DNA from: the human T2T-CHM13v2.0 reference genome, Homo sapiens
Length of the DNA: 64,000 nt
Direction: 5' to 3'
NCBI GenBank assembly: GCA_009914755.4
Contig: CP086569.2
Span: forward strand, 10,816,001 to 10,880,000
Of the stretch, positions 26,801 through 41,177 are shown piece after piece; positions within the stretch are counted from its first letter, which is position 1; each line of letters opens with the position of its first letter. The translations under genes and the position numbers were made by a program. The notes under the pieces were generated by a model that made no database searches, was not told where the DNA came from, and was given only the letters and a program-made list of their open reading frames with translations.

Positions 26801-29608
26801 ATAGGTTCAACTCTGTGGTTTGAATGCACACAGCACAAAGAAGTTTCACAGAATGTGTCTGTGTAGTTTTTATGTGCGGATGTTTCCTTTTCCACCATAT
26901 GCCTAAATATTTCCCAATTTCCACTTGCAGATTCCACAAGAAGAGTGTTTCAAAACTGCTGTATCAAATAAAGTTGAACTCTGTGAGGTGAATGCACACA
27001 GCACAAAATGGTTTCTCAGAATGCTTCCTTGTTGTTTTTATATGAAGATGTTTCCTTTTCAACAATAGGCCTCAAAGTGCTTCAAATGTCCACTTGCAGA
27101 TTCTACAAAAAGAGTGTTTCAAAACTGCTCAATCAAAAGAAAGGTTCGACTCTGGGAAATTAATGCACACATCACAAAGAAGTTTCTCAGCTTCTGTGTA
27201 GTTTTCATGTGAAGTTATTTCCTTTTCCACAATAGGCCGCAAAGGGCTCCAAATATCAACTTACAGATTCTAGGAAAAGAGAGTTTCAAAACTGCTCTAC
27301 GAAAAGATAGGTTGAACTCTGTGAGATGAATGCACACATCACAAAGAAGTTTCTCAGAATGCATCTGTGTAGTTTTTACGGGAAGATATTTCCTTTTCCA
27401 CCATCTTCCACAAAGGTCTCCAAGTAACCACTTGCAGACTCTACAGAAAGACACTTTAAAAACTGCTCTATCAAAAGATCAGTTCAAGTCTGTGGTTTGA
27501 ATGCACACATCACAAAGAATTTTCTCAGAATGCTTCTGTGTAGTTTTCATATGAAGATATTTCCTTTTCCACCATAGGCCTCAAAGCACTCCAAATATCC
27601 ACTTGCAGATTCTACAAAAAGAGATTTTCAAAACTAGTCAATCAAAAGAAAGGTTCAACTCTGTCAGTTGAATGCACATATCACAAACAAGTTTCTCGGA
27701 ATGCGTCTGTGTAGTTTTTATGTGAAGATATTTCCTTCTCCACAACAGGCCTCAAAGTGCTCCGAATATCCACTTGCAGATTTTACTAAAGAGTGTTTCC
27801 AAACTGCTCAATCAAGAGGAAGTTTCAAGTCTGTGAGCTGAACGCACACATCACAAAGTAGTTTCTGAGAATGCTTCTGTGTAGTTTTTATGTGAAGATG
27901 TTTCCTTTTCCACCATAGGCTGCAAAGGGCTCCAAATATCCACTTGCAGATTCTACAAAAAGAGAGTCTCAAAAGTGCTCTATCAAAAGATAGGTTCAAC
28001 TATGTGATATGAATGCACACATCACAAAGTAGTTTCTCAGAATGCTTCTGTGTAGTTTTTATGTAAAGATATTTCCTTTTCCACCATAGGCCTCAAAGCA
28101 CTCCAAATATCCACTTGCAGATTCTACAAAAAGAGATGTTCAAAACTATTTAATCAAAAGAAAGGTTCAAATCTGTCAGTTGAAGGTACATATCACAAAC
28201 AAGTTTATTGGAATGCTTCTGTGTAGTTTTTATGTGAAGATATTTCCTTTTCCACAACAGGCCTCAAGGTGCTCCAAATATCCACTTGCAGATTTCACTA
28301 AAAGTGTGTTTCCAAGCTGCTCAATCAAGAGGAAGTTTCAAGTCTGTGAGGTGAATGCACACATTACAAAGAAGTTACTGAGAATGCTTCTGTGTAGTTT
28401 TTATGTGAAGATATTTCCTTTTCCACCGCAGGCCTCAAAGCGCTGCAAATATCCACTTGCAGATTCTACAAAAAGAGAGTTTCAAAACTGCTGTATCAAA
28501 AGATAGGGTCAACTCTGCGAGTTGAATAAACACATCACAAATAAGTTTCTGGGAACGCTTCTGTATAGTTTTATGTGAATATATTTCCTTTTCCACCATA
28601 TGCCTCAAAGCACTCCAAATATCCACTTGCACATTATAGAAACATAGTCTTTCAAAACTTGTCAATCAAAGAAAGGTTCAACTCCGTGAGATGAGTGCAC
28701 ACATCACAGAGAAGTTTCTCGGAATGTTTCTGTGTAGTTTTTATGTGAAGATATTGCCTTTTCCACAATAGGCCTCAAAGCGTTCCAAATATCCAATTGC
28801 AGATTCCACAAAAAAAGTTTTTTAAAACTGCTCAATCAAATGATAGATTAAACTCTGTGAGATTAGTGCACACATGTCAAAAAAGTTTCTCAGAATGCTT
28901 CTGTGTACTTTTTAGGGGAAGATATTTCCTTTTCCACCATCGGCCACAAAGGACTCCAAATAACCACATGCAGATTCTAGTAACACAGAGTTTCAAAACT
29001 GCTCTATCAAAAGATAAGTTCAACTCTGAGAGTTTAGTGCAACCATCGTGAAGAAGTTTCTCAGAATGCTTCTGAGTAGTGTTTATGTGAAGATATTTCC
29101 TTTTCCACCATAGGCCTGAAAGCCCTCCAAATATCCACTTGCAGATCCTACAAAAAGAGAGTTTCGAAATGCTCTCTCAAACGATAGTTTCGACTCTGTG
29201 GTATGAATACACACATCACAAAGAAGTTTCTCAGAATGCTTCTGTGTAGTTTTTAAATGAAGATATTTCTTTTTCCACCATAGGCCTCAAAGCACTCCAA
29301 ATATGCACTTCCAGATTCTACAAAAAGAGTGTTTCAGAACTGCTCAATCAAAAGGAAGGTTCCAGTCTGAGACAAATACACACATCAAAAGGTAGTTTCT
29401 CAGAATGCTTCTGTGTAGTTTTTATGTGAAGATATTTTCCTTTCCACCATAGGCCACAAATGGCTCTAAATACCCACTTACATTTTCCACAAAAAGAGAG
29501 TTTCAAAACTGCTCTACCAAAGGTAAGTTTAACGCTGTGAGTTAAGAACATCACAAAGAAGTTTCTCAGAATGCTTCTGTGTAGTTCTTACGTAAAGATA
29601 TTTCCTTT
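23824..29608 (-). repeat. HOR copy 5, short form (34 monomers, 5785 bp)
   Basis: Offset 5785 (ORF 23879 to 29664). Confidence 0.9.
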
Positions 29609-32600
29609 TACACAATAGGCAGAAAAGTGCTCCAAATATCCACTTGAAGATTCTACAAAAACCGTGTTTCAAAACTGCCGAATCAAAAGAAAGGTTCAAC
29701 TCTGTGAGATGAATGCACACATAACAAAGGAGTTTCTCAGAATGCTTCTGTGTAGCTTTTATATGAAGACATTTAGTTTTCCACAACAGGCCTCAAAGCT
29801 CTCTCCATATCCACTTGCAGATTCTACCGAAAGAGTGCTTCCAAACTGCTCAATCAAAAGAGACATTCAAATCTGTGAGGTGAATGCAGACATCGTAAAG
29901 AAGTTTCTCAGAATGCTTCTGTGTATTTTTTGTGTGAAGTTATTCGTTTTTGCACCATAGGCCTCCAAGCGTTCTAAATATCCACTTCTAGATTCTACAA
30001 AAAGAGAGTTTCAAAACTACTCAAACAAAAGGTTCAATTCTGTGAGTTGAAAGCAAACATCACAAAGAAGTTTCTCAGAATGCGTCTGTGTAGTTTTTAT
30101 GTGAAGATATTTCCTTTTCACAGTAGAATGCAAAGGGCTCCAAATATCCACTTGGAGATTCTACAAAAAGAGTTTCAAAACCGCTCTGTCAAATGATAGG
30201 TTGAACTCCCGGAGGTGAATACACACATCACAAAGAGGTTTCTCAGCATGCTTCTGTGTAGTTTTTATGTAAACATACTTCCGTTTCTATCATAGGCCTC
30301 AAAGTGCTCCAAATATTCACTTGTACATTCTACCAAACGAGTATTTCAAACTGCTCAATCAAATGGAAGGTTCAAAACTGTGACATGAATGCCCACATCA
30401 CAAAGTAGTTTCTCAGAATGCTTCTGTGTAGTTTTTATGTGAAGATATTTCCTTTTCCACAACAGCGTGCAAAACGCTTCAAATATGCCCTTAGAGATTC
30501 CACAAAAAGAGTGTTTCCAAACTACTCAAATCAAAAAATGATTTCAACTCTGTGAGATGAATGCACACATCACAAACTAGTTTCTCAGAATGTTTCTGCC
30601 TGGTTCTCATGCGAAGATAGTTCCTTTTTCACCATAGGCCGCAATGTACTCCAAATATCCACCTGCAGATTCTACAAAAGTGAGTTTCAAAACTGCTCTA
30701 TCAAAAGATCAGTTCGTCTCTGTGAGTTGAATGCATACATCAAAAAGAAGCTTCTCAAAATGCTTCTGTGTGGTTTTTCGGTGAAGATAGTTCTTTTTCT
30801 ACCATAGGTCTCAAACCACTCCAAATATCCACTTGTAGATTCTATAAAAAGGAATGTTCAAAATTGCTCAATAAAAATAAAGTTTCAACACCGTGAGATG
30901 AGTGCACAAATCACAAAGAAGTTTCTCAAAATGCTTCTGGGTAGTTTTTCTGTGAAGATAGTTCCTTTTCTACCATGGGCCACAAAGGGCTCCAAATACC
31001 CACTTGCAGATTCTACAAAAAGAGAGTTTCACAACTGCTCTATCAAACAATATGTTCAACTTTGTGGGTTGAACACAAATATCACAAGAATTTTCTCCCA
31101 ATGCTTCTGTGTAGTTTTTATGTGAAGACATTTCTTTTCCCTCCATAGTCCACAAAGTGCTCCAAATATCCACTTACATATTCTAGAAAAAGATTGCTTG
31201 GAAACTGCACAATGAAAAGAAAGGTTCAAATATATGAGATGAATGCACACATCACAAAGAAGTTTCTCAGAATCTCTCTGTGTAATTTTTATGTGAAGAT
31301 ATTTCCTTTCCCACCTTAGGTCTTAAAACGCTCCAAATATCCACTTGCAGATACTACAAGAAGATTGTTTCAAAACTGCACAAAAAAAGAAATGTTCAAT
31401 TCTGTTTGATGAATGCACACATCACAAAGAAGTTTCTCAGAATGCTTCTCTGTAGTTTTTATGTGAAGATATTTCCTTTTCCACAATAGGCCTCAAAGGG
31501 CTCCAAATATCCACTTCCAGATTCTATGAAAAGAATATTTCCAAACTGCTCAATCATAGGAAATGTTCAACTCTGTGAGATGAATGCACACATCACAAGA
31601 AATTTCTCAGAATCCTTCAGTGTAGGTTTTATGAGAAGATAATTCCTTTTCCACAATAGTTCTCAAAGCACTCAAAATATCCACTTGCAGATTCTACAAA
31701 AGGAGTATTTCAAAACTGCTCAATCAAAAGAAAGGTTCAACTCTGTGAGATGAATGGACACATCACAAAGAAGTTTCTCAGAATGCTTCTGTGTAGTATT
31801 TTTGTGAAGATATTTCTTTTCCACCATAGACCGCCAGGGGACACAAATATCCACTTTCAGATTCTACAACAAGAGAGGTTCAAAACTACTCGATCAAGAG
31901 ATGGTTTCAACTATGTGAGTTGAATGCACACATCACAAAGAACTATGTCGGAATTCTTCTGTGTAGTTTTTATGTGAAGATATTTCCTTTTCCACAATAG
32001 ACGTCAAAGTGATCCAGATATCCACTTGCAGATTCCACAAAAAGAGTGTTTCAAAAGTGCACAACCAAAAGAAAGGTTCAACTAGGTGAGATGAATGCAC
32101 ACATCAGAAGGAAGTTTCTCAGAATGCTTCTGCATAGCTTTTAAGGGAAGATACTTCCTTTTCCAACATAGGCCTCAAAGCACTCCAAATATCCTCCTGG
32201 AGATACCACAAAAAGAGTGTTTGCAAACTGCTCAATCAAAAGAAAGATTTAACTCTGTGAGATGAATCCACACATGACAAAGAAGTTTCTCAGAATGCTT
32301 CTGTGTAGTTTTTATGTGAAGATATTTCCTTTTCCACAATAAGACCCAAAAGGCTCCAAATATTCACTTGCAGATTCTAAAAAAAACAGTGTTTCAAAAC
32401 TGCTCAATCAAAAGATAGTTCAACTCTGTGAGAAGAATGCTCACATCACTGAGAAGTTTCTCAGAATGCTTCTGTGTAGTTTTTATATGAAGATATTTCC
32501 TTTCCCACCGTAGGCCACAAAAGGCTCCAAATATCCACTTGCAGATACTATGAAAAGAGAGTTTCAAAACTGCTCATTCAAAAGATAGGTTCAACTCTGT

Positions 32601-35392
32601 GGTTTGAATGCACACAGCACAAAGAAGTTTCACAGAATGTGTCTGTGTAGTTTTTATGTGCGGATGTTTCCTTTTCCACCATATGCCTAAATATTTCCCA
32701 ATTTCCACTTGCAGATTCCACAAGAAGAGTGTTTCAAAACTGCTGTATCAAATAAAGTTGAACTCTGTGAGGTGAATGCACACAGCACAAAATGGTTTCT
32801 CAGAATGCTTCCTTGTTGTTTTTATATGAAGATGTTTCCTTTTCAACAATAGGCCTCAAAGTGCTTCAAATGTCCACTTGCAGATTCTACAAAAAGAGTG
32901 TTTCAAAACTGCTCAATCAAAAGAAAGGTTCGACTCTGGGAAATTAATGCACACATCACAAAGAAGTTTCTCAGCTTCTGTGTAGTTTTCATGTGAAGTT
33001 ATTTCCTTTTCCACAATAGGCCGCAAAGGGCTCCAAATATCAACTTACAGATTCTAGGAAAAGAGAGTTTCAAAACTGCTCTACGAAAAGATAGGTTGAA
33101 CTCTGTGAGATGAATGCACACATCACAAAGAAGTTTCTCAGAATGCATCTGTGTAGTTTTTACGGGAAGATATTTCCTTTTCCACCATCTTCCACAAAGG
33201 TCTCCAAGTAACCACTTGCAGACTCTACAGAAAGACACTTTAAAAACTGCTCTATCAAAAGATCAGTTCAAGTCTGTGGTTTGAATGCACACATCACAAA
33301 GAATTTTCTCAGAATGCTTCTGTGTAGTTTTCATATGAAGATATTTCCTTTTCCACCATAGGCCTCAAAGCACTCCAAATATCCACTTGCAGATTCTACA
33401 AAAAGAGATTTTCAAAACTAGTCAATCAAAAGAAAGGTTCAACTCTGTCAGTTGAATGCACATATCACAAACAAGTTTCTCGGAATGCGTCTGTGTAGTT
33501 TTTATGTGAAGATATTTCCTTCTCCACAACAGGCCTCAAAGTGCTCCGAATATCCACTTGCAGATTTTACTAAAGAGTGTTTCCAAACTGCTCAATCAAG
33601 AGGAAGTTTCAAGTCTGTGAGCTGAACGCACACATCACAAAGTAGTTTCTGAGAATGCTTCTGTGTAGTTTTTATGTGAAGATGTTTCCTTTTCCACCAT
33701 AGGCTGCAAAGGGCTCCAAATATCCACTTGCAGATTCTACAAAAAGAGAGTCTCAAAAGTGCTCTATCAAAAGATAGGTTCAACTATGTGATATGAATGC
33801 ACACATCACAAAGTAGTTTCTCAGAATGCTTCTGTGTAGTTTTTATGTAAAGATATTTCCTTTTCCACCATAGGCCTCAAAGCACTCCAAATATCCACTT
33901 GCAGATTCTACAAAAAGAGATGTTCAAAACTATTTAATCAAAAGAAAGGTTCAAATCTGTCAGTTGAAGGTACATATCACAAACAAGTTTATTGGAATGC
34001 TTCTGTGTAGTTTTTATGTGAAGATATTTCCTTTTCCACAACAGGCCTCAAGGTGCTCCAAATATCCACTTGCAGATTTCACTAAAAGTGTGTTTCCAAG
34101 CTGCTCAATCAAGAGGAAGTTTCAAGTCTGTGAGGTGAATGCACACATTACAAAGAAGTTACTGAGAATGCTTCTGTGTAGTTTTTATGTGAAGATATTT
34201 CCTTTTCCACCACAGGCCTCAAAGCGCTGCAAATATCCACTTGCAGATTCTACAAAAAGAGAGTTTCAAAACTGCTGTATCAAAAGATAGGGTCAACTCT
34301 GCGAGTTGAATAAACACATCACAAATAAGTTTCTGGGAACGCTTCTGTATAGTTTTATGTGAATATATTTCCTTTTCCACCATATGCCTCAAAGCACTCC
34401 AAATATCCACTTGCACATTATAGAAACATAGTCTTTCAAAACTTGTCAATCAAAGAAAGGTTCAACTCCGTGAGATGAGTGCACACATCACAGAGAAGTT
34501 TCTCGGAATGTTTCTGTGTAGTTTTTATGTGAAGATATTGCCTTTTCCACAATAGGCCTCAAAGCGTTCCAAATATCCAATTGCAGATTCCACAAAAAAA
34601 GTTTTTTAAAACTGCTCAATCAAATGATAGATTAAACTCTGTGAGATTAGTGCACACATGTCAAAAAAGTTTCTCAGAATGCTTCTGTGTACTTTTTAGG
34701 GGAAGATATTTCCTTTTCCACCATCGGCCACAAAGGACTCCAAATAACCACATGCAGATTCTAGTAACACAGAGTTTCAAAACTGCTCTATCAAAAGATA
34801 AGTTCAACTCTGAGAGTTTAGTGCAACCATCGTGAAGAAGTTTCTCAGAATGCTTCTGAGTAGTGTTTATGTGAAGATATTTCCTTTTCCACCATAGGCC
34901 TGAAAGCCCTCCAAATATCCACTTGCAGATCCTACAAAAAGAAAGTTTCGAAATGCTCTCTCAAACGATAGTTTCGACTCTGTGGTATGAATACACACAT
35001 CACAAAGAAGTTTCTCAGAATGCTTCTGTGTAGTTTTTAAATGAAGATATTTCTTTTTCCACCATAGGCCTCAAAGCACTCCAAATATGCACTTCCAGAT
35101 TCTACAAAAAGAGTGTTTCAGAACTGCTCAATCAAAAGGAAGGTTCCAGTCTGAGACAAATACACACATCAAAAGGTAGTTTCTCAGAATGCTTCTGTGT
35201 AGTTTTTATGTGAAGATATTTTCCTTTCCACCATAGGCCACAAATGGCTCTAAATACCCACTTACATTTTCCACAAAAAGAGAGTTTCAAAACTGCTCTA
35301 CCAAAGGTAAGTTTAACGCTGTGAGTTAAGAACATCACAAAGAAGTTTCTCAGAATGCTTCTGTGTAGTTCTTACGTAAAGATATTTCCTTT
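29609..35392 (-). repeat. HOR copy 6, short form (34 monomers, 5784 bp, carries a 1-bp homopolymer deletion)
   Basis: Offset 5784 (ORF 29664 to 35448). A4 becomes A3 at about 30347-30350 (gtatttcaaactgctc vs gtatttcaaaactgctc). SNVs at 30278 (T>C) and 34212 (G>A). Confidence 0.9.
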
Positions 35393-38300
35393 TACACAAT
35401 AGGCAGAAAAGTGCTCCAAATATCCACTTGAAGATTCTACAAAAACCGTGTTTCAAAACTGCCGAATCAAAAGAAAGGTTCAACTCTGTGAGATGAATGC
35501 ACACATAACAAAGGAGTTTCTCAGAATGCTTCTGTGTAGCTTTTATATGAAGACATTTAGTTTTCCACAACAGGCCTCAAAGCTCTCTCCATATCCACTT
35601 GCAGATTCTACCGAAAGAGTGCTTCCAAACTGCTCAATCAAAAGAGACATTCAAATCTGTGAGGTGAATGCAGACATCGTAAAGAAGTTTCTCAGAATGC
35701 TTCTGTGTATTTTTTGTGTGAAGTTATTCGTTTTTGCACCATAGGCCTCCAAGCGTTCTAAATATCCACTTCTAGATTCTACAAAAAGAGAGTTTCAAAA
35801 CTACTCAAACAAAAGGTTCAATTCTGTGAGTTGAAAGCAAACATCACAAAGAAGTTTCTCAGAATGCGTCTGTGTAGTTTTGATGTGAAGATATTTCCTT
35901 TTCACAGTAGAATGCAAAGGGCTCCAAATATCCACTTGGAGATTCTACAAAAAGAGTTTCAAAACCGCTCTGTCAAATGATAGGTTGAACTCCCGGAGGT
36001 GAATACACACATCACAAAGAGGTTTCTCAGCATGCTTCTGTGTAGTTTTTATGTAAACATATTTCCGTTTCTATCATAGGCCTCAAAGTGCTCCAAATAT
36101 TCACTTGTACATTCTACCAAACGAGTATTTCAAAACTGCTCAATCAAATGGAAGGTTCAAAACCGTGACATGAATGCCCACATCACAAAGTAGTTTCTCA
36201 GAATGCTTCTGTGTAGTTTTTATGTGAAGATATTTCCTTTTCCACAACAGCGTGCAAAACGCTTCAAATATGCCCTTAGAGATTCCACAAAAAGAGTGTT
36301 TCCAAACTACTCAAATCAAAAAATGATTTCAACTCTGTGAGATGAATGCACACATCACAAACTAGTTTCTCAGAATGTTTCTGCCTGGTTCTCATGCGAA
36401 GATAGTTCCTTTTTCACCATAGGCCGCAATGTACTCCAAATATCCACCTGCAGATTCTACAAAAGTGAGTTTCAAAACTGCTCTATCAAAAGATCAGTTC
36501 GTCTCTGTGAGTTGAATGCATACATCAAAAAGAAGCTTCTCAAAATGCTTCTGTGTGGTTTTTCGGTGAAGATAGTTCTTTTTCTACCATAGGTCTCAAA
36601 CCACTCCAAATATCCACTTGTAGATTCTATAAAAAGGAATGTTCAAAATTGCTCAATAAAAATAAAGTTTCAACACCGTGAGATGAGTGCACAAATCACA
36701 AAGAAGTTTCTCAAAATGCTTCTGGGTAGTTTTTCTGTGAAGATAGTTCCTTTTCTACCATGGGCCACAAAGGGCTCCAAATACCCACTTGCAGATTCTA
36801 CAAAAAGAGAGTTTCACAACTGCTCTATCAAACAATATGTTCAACTTTGTGGGTTGAACACAAATATCACAAGAATTTTCTCCCAATGCTTCTGTGTAGT
36901 TTTTATGTGAAGACATTTCTTTTCCCTCCATAGTCCACAAAGTGCTCCAAATATCCACTTACATATTCTAGAAAAAGATTGCTTGGAAACTGCACAATGA
37001 AAAGAAAGGTTCAAATATATGAGATGAATGCACACATCACAAAGAAGTTTCTCAGAATCTCTCTGTGTAATTTTTATGTGAAGATATTTCCTTTCCCACC
37101 TTAGGTCTTAAAACGCTCCAAATATCCACTTGCAGATACTACAAGAAGATTGTTTCAAAACTGCACAAAAAAAGAAATGTTCAATTCTGTTTGATGAATG
37201 CACACATCACAAAGAAGTTTCTCAGAATGCTTCTCTGTAGTTTTTATGTGAAGATATTTCCTTTTCCACAATAGGCCTCAAAGGGCTCCAAATATCCACT
37301 TCCAGATTCTATGAAAAGAATATTTCCAAACTGCTCAATCATAGGAAATGTTCAACTCTGTGAGATGAATGCACACATCACAAGAAATTTCTCAGAATCC
37401 TTCAGTGTAGGTTTTATGAGAAGATAATTCCTTTTCCACAATAGTTCTCAAAGCACTCAAAATATCCACTTGCAGATTCTACAAAAGGAGTATTTCAAAA
37501 CTGCTCAATCAAAAGAAAGTTTCAACTCTGTGAGATGAATGGACACATCACAAAGAAGTTTCTCAGAATGCTTCTGTGTAGTATTTTTGTGAAGATATTT
37601 CTTTTCCACCATAGACCGCCAGGGGACACAAATATCCACTTTCAGATTCTACAACAAGAGAGGTTCAAAACTACTCGATCAAGAGATGGTTTCAACTATG
37701 TGAGTTGAATGCACACATCACAAAGAACTATGTCGGAATTCTTCTGTGTAGTTTTTATGTGAAGATATTTCCTTTTCCACAATAGACGTCAAAGTGATCC
37801 AGATATCCACTTGCAGATTCCACAAAAAGAGTGTTTCAAAAGTGCACAACCAAAAGAAAGGTTCAACTAGGTGAGATGAATGCACACATCAGAAGGAAGT
37901 TTCTCAGAATGCTTCTGCATAGCTTTTAAGGGAAGATACTTCCTTTTCCAACATAGGCCTCAAAGCACTCCAAATATCCTCCTGGAGATACCACAAAAAG
38001 AGTGTTTGCAAACTGCTCAATCAAAAGAAAGATTTAACTCTGTGAGATGAATCCACACATGACAAAGAAGTTTCTCAGAATGCTTCTGTGTAGTTTTTAT
38101 GTGAAGATATTTCCTTTTCCACAATAAGACCCAAAAGGCTCCAAATATTCACTTGCAGATTCTAAAAAAAACAGTGTTTCAAAACTGCTCAATCAAAAGA
38201 TAGTTCAACTCTGTGAGAAGAATGCTCACATCACTGAGAAGTTTCTCAGAATGCTTCTGTGTAGTTTTTATATGAAGATATTTCCTTTCCCACCGTAGGC

Positions 38301-41177
38301 CACAAAAGGCTCCAAATATCCACTTGCAGATACTATGAAAAGAGAGTTTCAAAACTGCTCATTCAAAAGATAGGTTCAACTCTGTGGTTTGAATGCACAC
38401 AGCACAAAGAAGTTTCACAGAATGTGTCTGTGTAGTTTTTATGTGCGGATGTTTCCTTTTCCACCATATGCCTAAATATTTCCCAATTTCCACTTGCAGA
38501 TTCCACAAGAAGAGTGTTTCAAAACTGCTGTATCAAATAAAGTTGAACTCTGTGAGGTGAATGCACACAGCACAAAATGGTTTCTCAGAATGCTTCCTTG
38601 TTGTTTTTATATGAAGATGTTTCCTTTTCAACAATAGGCCTCAAAGTGCTTCAAATGTCCACTTGCAGATTCTACAAAAAGAGTGTTTCAAAACTGCTCA
38701 ATCAAAAGAAAGGTTCGACTCTGGGAAATTAATGCACACATCACAAAGAAGTTTCTCAGCTTCTGTGTAGTTTTCATGTGAAGTTATTTCCTTTTCCACA
38801 ATAGGCCGCAAAGGGCTCCAAATATCAACTTACAGATTCTAGGAAAAGAGAGTTTCAAAACTGCTCTACGAAAAGATAGGTTGAACTCTGTGAGATGAAT
38901 GCACACATCACAAAGAAGTTTCTCAGAATGCATCTGTGTAGTTTTTACGGGAAGACATTTCCTTTTCCACCATCTTCCACAAAGGTCTCCAAGTAACCAC
39001 TTGCAGATTCTACAGAAAGACACTTTAAAAACTGCTCTATCAAAAGATCAGTTCAAGTCTGTGGTTTGAATGCACACATCACAAAGAATTTTCTCAGAAT
39101 GCTTCTGTGTAGTTTTCATATGAAGATATTTCCTTTTCCACCATAGGCCTCAAAGCACTCCAAATATCCACTTGCAGATTCTACAAAAAGAGATTTTCAA
39201 AACTAGTCAATCAAAAGAAAGGTTCAACTCTGTCAGTTGAATGCACATATCACAAACAAGTTTCTCGGAATGCGTCTGTGTAGTTTTTATGTGAAGATAT
39301 TTCCTTCTCCACAACAGGCCTCAAAGTGCTCCGAATATCCACTTGCAGATTTTACTAAAGAGTGTTTCCAAACTGCTCAATCAAGAGGAAGTTTCAAGTC
39401 TGTGAGCTGAACGCACACATCACAAAGTAGTTTCTGAGAATGCTTCTGTGTAGTTTTTATGTGAAGATGTTTCCTTTTCCACCATAGGCTGCAAAGGGCT
39501 CCAAATATCCACTTGCAGATTCTACAAAAAGAGAGTTTCAAAAGTGCTCTATCAAAAGATAGGTTCAACTATGTGATATGAATGCACACATCACAAAGTA
39601 GTTTCTCAGAATGCTTCTGTGTAGTTTTTATGTAAAGATATTTCCTTTTCCACCATAGGCCTCAAAGCACTCCAAATATCCACTTGCAGATTCTACAAAA
39701 AGAGATTTTCAAAACTATTTAATCAAAAGAAAGGTTCAAATCTGTCAGTTGAAGGTACATATCACAAACAAGTTTATTGGAATGCTTCTGTGTAGTTTTT
39801 ATGTGAAGATATTTCCTTTTCCACAACAGGCCTCCAGGTGCTCCAAATATCCACTTGCAGATTTCACTAAAAGTGTGTTTCCAAGCTGCTCAATCAAGAG
39901 GAAGTTTCAAGTCTGTGAGGTGAATGCACACATTACAAAGAAGTTACTGAGAATGCTTCTGTGTAGTTTTTATGTGAAGATATTTCCTTTTCCACCGCAG
40001 GCCTCAAAGCGCTGCAAATATCCACTTGCAGATTCTACAAAAAGAGAGTTTCAAAACTGCTGTATCAAAAGATAGGGTCAACTCTGCGAGTTGAATAAAC
40101 ACATCACAAATAAGTTTCTGGGAACGCTTCTGTATAGTTTTATGTGAATATATTTCCTTTTCCACCATATGCCTCAAAGCACTCCAAATATCCACTTGCA
40201 CATTATAGAAACATAGTCTTTCAAAACTTGTCAATCAAAGAAAGGTTCAACTCCGTGAGATGAGTGCACACATCACAGAGAAGTTTCTCGGAATGTTTCT
40301 GTGTAGTTTTTATGTGAAGATATTGCCTTTTCCACAATAGGCCTCAAAGCGTTCCAAATATCCAATTGCAGATTCCACAAAAAAAGTTTTTTAAAACTGC
40401 TCAATCAAATGATAGATTAAACTCTGTGAGATTAGTGCACACATGTCAAAAAAGTTTCTCAGAATGCTTCTGTGTACTTTTTAGGGGAAGATATTTCCTT
40501 TTCCACCATCGGCCACAAAGGACTCCAAATAACCACATGCAGATTCTAGTAACACAGAGTTTCAAAACTGCTCTATCAAAAGATAAGTTCAACTCTGAGA
40601 GTTTAGTGCAACCATCGTGAAGAAGTTTCTCAGAATGCTTCTGAGTAGTGTTTATGTGAAGATATTTCCTTTTCCACCATAGGCCTGAAAGCCCTCCAAA
40701 TATCCACTTGCAGATCCTACAAAAAGAAAGTTTCGAAATGCTCTCTCAAACGATAGTTTCGACTCTGTGGTATGAATACACACATCACAAAGAAGTTTCT
40801 CAGAATGCTTCTGTGTAGTTTTTAAATGAAGATATTTCTTTTTCCACCATAGGCCTCAAAGCACTCCAAATATGCACTTCCAGATTCTACAAAAAGAGTG
40901 TTTCAGAACTGCTCAATCAAAAGGAAGGTTCCAGTCTGAGACAAATACACACATCAAAAGGTAGTTTCTCAGAATGCTTCTGTGTAGTTTTTATGTGAAG
41001 ATATTTTCCTTTCCACCATAGGCCACAAATGGCTCTAAATACCCACTTACATTTTCCACAAAAAGAGAGTTTCAAAACTGCTCTACCAAAGGTAAGTTTA
41101 ACGCTGTGAGTTAAGAACATCACAAAGAAGTTTCTCAGAATGCTTCTGTGTAGTTCTTACGTAAAGATATTTCCTTT
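35393..41177 (-). repeat. HOR copy 7, short form (34 monomers, 5785 bp)
   Basis: Offset 5785. Variants shared with copies 8 and 9: 38956 (T>C) and 39009 (C>T). 36174 (T>C) is shared with copies 8 and 10. 39835 (A>C) is private. Confidence 0.9.
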
